64,000 bases of DNA from Eledone cirrhosa (taxonomy: Eukaryota). The translations under genes and the position numbers were made by a program. Location: assembly GCA_964016885.1 (NCBI GenBank), contig OZ024759.1:310001-374000 (forward strand), read 5' to 3'. Shown here piece by piece: positions 61,001 to 64,000 of this stretch. How positions within the stretch are numbered: position 1 is the stretch's first letter; each line of letters starts with the position of its first letter. A model generated the notes under the pieces. It was not told the DNA's origin. It searched no databases and was given only the letters and a program-made list of their open reading frames with translations.

Positions 61001-63470
61001 ATATTAGTAGCATGACAAAGGCTATATTAGTAACATGACAAAGTCTATATTAGTAACATGACACAGTCTATAATAGTAACATGACAAAGACTATATTAGT
61101 AACATGACACAGTCTATATTAGTGACATGACACAGTCTATATTAGTAGCATGACAGTCTATATTAGTAACATGACAAAGTCTATATTAGTAACATGACAC
61201 AGTCTATATTAGTAACATGACAAAGTCTATTTTAGTAACATGACACAGTCTATATTAGTAACATGACAAAGTCTATATTAGTAACATGACACAGTCTATA
61301 TTAGTAACATGACACAGTCTATATTAGTAACATGACACAGTCTATATTAGTAACATGACAAAGTCTATATTAGTAACATGACAAAGTCTATATTAGTAAC
61401 ATGACAGTCTATATTAGTAACATGACAAAATCTATATTAGTAACATGACACAGTCTATATTAGTAACATGAAAAAGTCTCTATTAGTAACATGACAAAGC
61501 CTATATTAGTAACATGACAGTCTATATTAGTAACATGACAAAGTCTCTATTAGTAACATGACAAAGTCTATATTAGTAACATGACAGTCTATATAAGTAA
61601 CATGACAAAGTCTATATTAGTAACATGACAGTCTATATTGTAACATGACACAGTCTATATTAGTAACATGACATAGTCTATATTAGTAACATGACAAAGT
61701 CTATATTAGTAACATGACAGTCTATATTGTAACATGACACAGTCTATATTAGTAACATGACACAGTCTATATTAGTAACATGACAGTCTATATTAGTAAC
61801 ATGACAAAGTCTATATTAGTAACATGACAAAGTCTATATTAGTAACATGACAAAGTCTATATTAGTAACATGACAAAGTCTATATTAGTAGCATGACACA
61901 GTCTATATTAGTAACATTACAAAGTCTATGTTAGTAACATGACAAAGTCTATATTAGTAGCATGACAAAGTCTATATTAGTAACATGACACAGTCTATAT
62001 TAGTAACATGACAAAGTCTATATTAGTAGCATGACAAAGTCTATATTAGTAACATGACAAAGTCTATATTAGTAACATGACAAAGTCTATATTAGTAACA
62101 TGACAGTATATATTAGTAACATGACAGTCCATATTAGTAGCATGACAAAGTCTATATTAGTAACATGACAAAGTCTATATTAGTAACATGACACAGTCTA
62201 TATTAGTAACATGACACAGTCTATATTAGTAACATGACAGTCTATATTAGTAACATGACACAGTCTATATTAGTAACATGACAAAGTCTATATTAGTAAC
62301 ATGACAAAGTCTATATTAGTAATATGACAGTCTATATTAGTAACATGACAAAGTCTATATTAGTAACATGACACAGTCTATATTAGTAACATGACAAGGT
62401 CTATATTAGTAACATGACACAGTCTATATTAGTAACATGACAAAGTCTATATTAGTAACATGACAGTCTATATTAGTAACATGACAAAGTCTATATTAGT
62501 AACATGACAAAGTCTATATTAGTAGCATGACAAAGTCTATATTAGTAACATGACAAAGTCTATATTAGTAACATGACAAGGTCTATATTAGTAACATGAC
62601 AAAGTCTATATTAGTAACATGACAGTCCATATTAGTAACATGACAAAGTCTATATTAGTAACATGACAAAGTCTATATTAGTAACATGACAAAGTCTATA
62701 TTAGTAGCATGACAAAGTCTATATTAGTAACATGACAAAGTCTATATTAGTAACATGACACAGTCTATATTAGTAACATGTCAAAGTCTATATTAGTAAC
62801 ATGACAAAGTCTATATTAGTAACATGACAAAGTCTATATTAGTAACATGACACTGTCTATATTAGTAACTTGACAAAGTCTATATTAGTAACATGACACA
62901 GTCTATATTAGTAACATGACAAAGTCTATATTAGTAACATGACACTGTCTATATTAGTAACTTGACAAAGTCTATATTAGTAACATGACAAAGTCTATAT
63001 TAGTAACATGACACTGTCTATATTACTAACATGACACAGTCTATATTAGTAACATGACACAGTCTATATTAGTAACATGACAAAGTCTATATTAGTAACA
63101 TGACAGTCTATATTATTAACATGACAAAGTCTATATTAGTAACATGACAAAGTCTATATTAGTAACATGACAGTCTATATTAGTAACATGACACAGTCTA
63201 TATTAGTAACATGACACAGTGTATATTAGTAACATGACAAAGTCTATATTAGTAACATGACACAGTCTATATCATTAACATGACAAAGTCTATATTAGTA
63301 ACATGACACAGTCTATATTAGTAACATGACAAAGTCTATATTAGTAACATGACACCGTCTATATTAGTAACATGACAAAGTCTATATTAGTAGCATGACA
63401 AAGTCTATATTAGTAACATGACAAAGTCTATATTAGTAACATGACACAGTCTATATTAGTAACATGACAA
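53490..63470. repeat. 4971-bp duplication giving a third copy of the variant-rich block (about 53490-58500 vs about 58460-63470)
   Basis: ATGAACAAG 54708/59679, CTATGTCAG 55779/60750. ATATCATTAAC 58325/63273 is offset 4948 = 4971 - 23, i.e. one monomer lost. Confidence 0.88.
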
Positions 63471-64000
63471 AGTCTATATTAGTAACATGACAGTCTATAT
63501 TAGTAACATGACAGTCTATATTATTAGCATGACAAAGTCTATATTAGTAACATGACACAGTCTATATTAGTAACATGACACAGTCTATATTAGTAACATG
63601 ACAAAGTCTATATTAGTAGCATGACAAAGTCTATATTAGTAACATGACACAGTCTATATTAGTAACATGACAAAGTCTATATTAGTAGCATGACAAAGTC
63701 TATATTAGTAACATGACAAAGTCTATATTAGTAACATGACAAAGTCTATATTAGTAACATGACAGTATATATTAGTAACATGACAGTCCATATTAGTAGC
63801 ATGACAAAGTCTATATTAGTAACATGACAAAGTCTATATTAGTAACATGACACAGGCTATATTAGTAACATGACACAGTCTATATTAGTAACATGACACA
63901 GTCTATATTAGTAACATGACACAGTCTATATTAGTAACATGACAAAGTCTATATTAGTAACATGACAAAGTCTATATTAGTAACATGACAGTCTATATTA

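Larger units (their letters stand above)
1..64000. repeat. Tandem satellite array of a 23-bp monomer GTCTATATTAGTAACATGAC(AAA/ACA) with interspersed 21-bp variant GTCTATATTAGTAACATGACA; about 2,800 copies, extends beyond both window ends
   Basis: Directly read. TATATTAGTAACATGAC starts at 1, 24 and 47 (period 23) and continues to 64000. I saw no non-repeat insertion and no reverse-complement monomer. Copy number is estimated as 64000 divided by about 22.7. Confidence 0.99.

Noticed and set aside
1-64000. CRISPR array (partially palindromic direct repeat)
   Set aside because: Repeats are separated by only 1-3 nt of low-diversity linker rather than unique 25-45 nt spacers. There is no leader and no cas gene.
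1-64000. Protein-coding repeat; the 21-bp variant reads open as GTC TAT ATT AGT AAC ATG ACA (VYISNMT)
   Set aside because: The monomer carries TAG, TAA and TGA on the + strand and TAA and TAG on the - strand. The dominant 23-bp period rotates frames so every frame stops within a few monomers, and I saw no long run of 21-mers.
1-64000. Long telomerase-type repeat (budding yeasts such as Candida albicans have 23-bp units)
   Set aside because: There is no G-rich strand, and the sequence does not resemble the telomeric units I know. The length and the kb-scale inherited variant patterns indicate DNA-level duplication rather than templated addition.
1-64000. Rolling-circle, reverse-transcriptase concatemer or amplification artefact of a single short template
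   Set aside because: Variants recur in ordered, nested blocks at many different offsets with private mutations, which random polymerase or sequencing errors would not produce. Individual large duplications could still be mis-assemblies.
1-64000. Plasmodium falciparum rep20 (21-bp subtelomeric repeat); loose resemblance of CTATATTAGT from memory
   Set aside because: The array lacks the TAAGACC portion I recall for rep20, is mostly 23 bp and is far more homogeneous. A short AT-rich match is not sufficient, and an alignment would be needed.
1-64000. Promoter-like motifs (TATA/TATATT in each monomer; TTGACA in AACTTGACA variants) or plasmid iterons
   Set aside because: These are an incidental consequence of an AT-rich monomer. 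There is no downstream gene, rep gene or origin context, and the copy number is far beyond iteron arrays.
1-64000. Linker order as a functional information code
   Set aside because: The order is adequately explained by duplication history, and nothing in the window suggests a reading mechanism.

Overview
The entire 64 kb window is one uninterrupted, head-to-tail, single-orientation tandem array (satellite/minisatellite-type DNA), open at both window ends. The monomer is a 20-nt core GTCTATATTAGTAACATGAC plus a variable linker: AAA or ACA (23 bp) or A (21 bp). This gives roughly 2,800 copies at about 26-30% GC per monomer. I see no CDS, RNA gene, transposon, CRISPR array or unique sequence, and I cannot assign an organism or a named satellite family. 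The information lies in the order of monomer variants. Rare variants recur at exact offsets that I counted by hand (157, 682, 730, 1119, 1826, 1977, 2529, 3138, 3738, 4971, 5037, 7421 and 8195 bp). These reveal nested, irregular higher-order duplications, regional variant domains and a few conserved multi-monomer 'words' that span the window. The monomer has two dyad axes, TTA-G-TAA and GAC-N1/3-GTC. Block boundaries are approximate to within a few monomers. The sequence alone does not demonstrate a new biological system, and all functional ideas below are inference.
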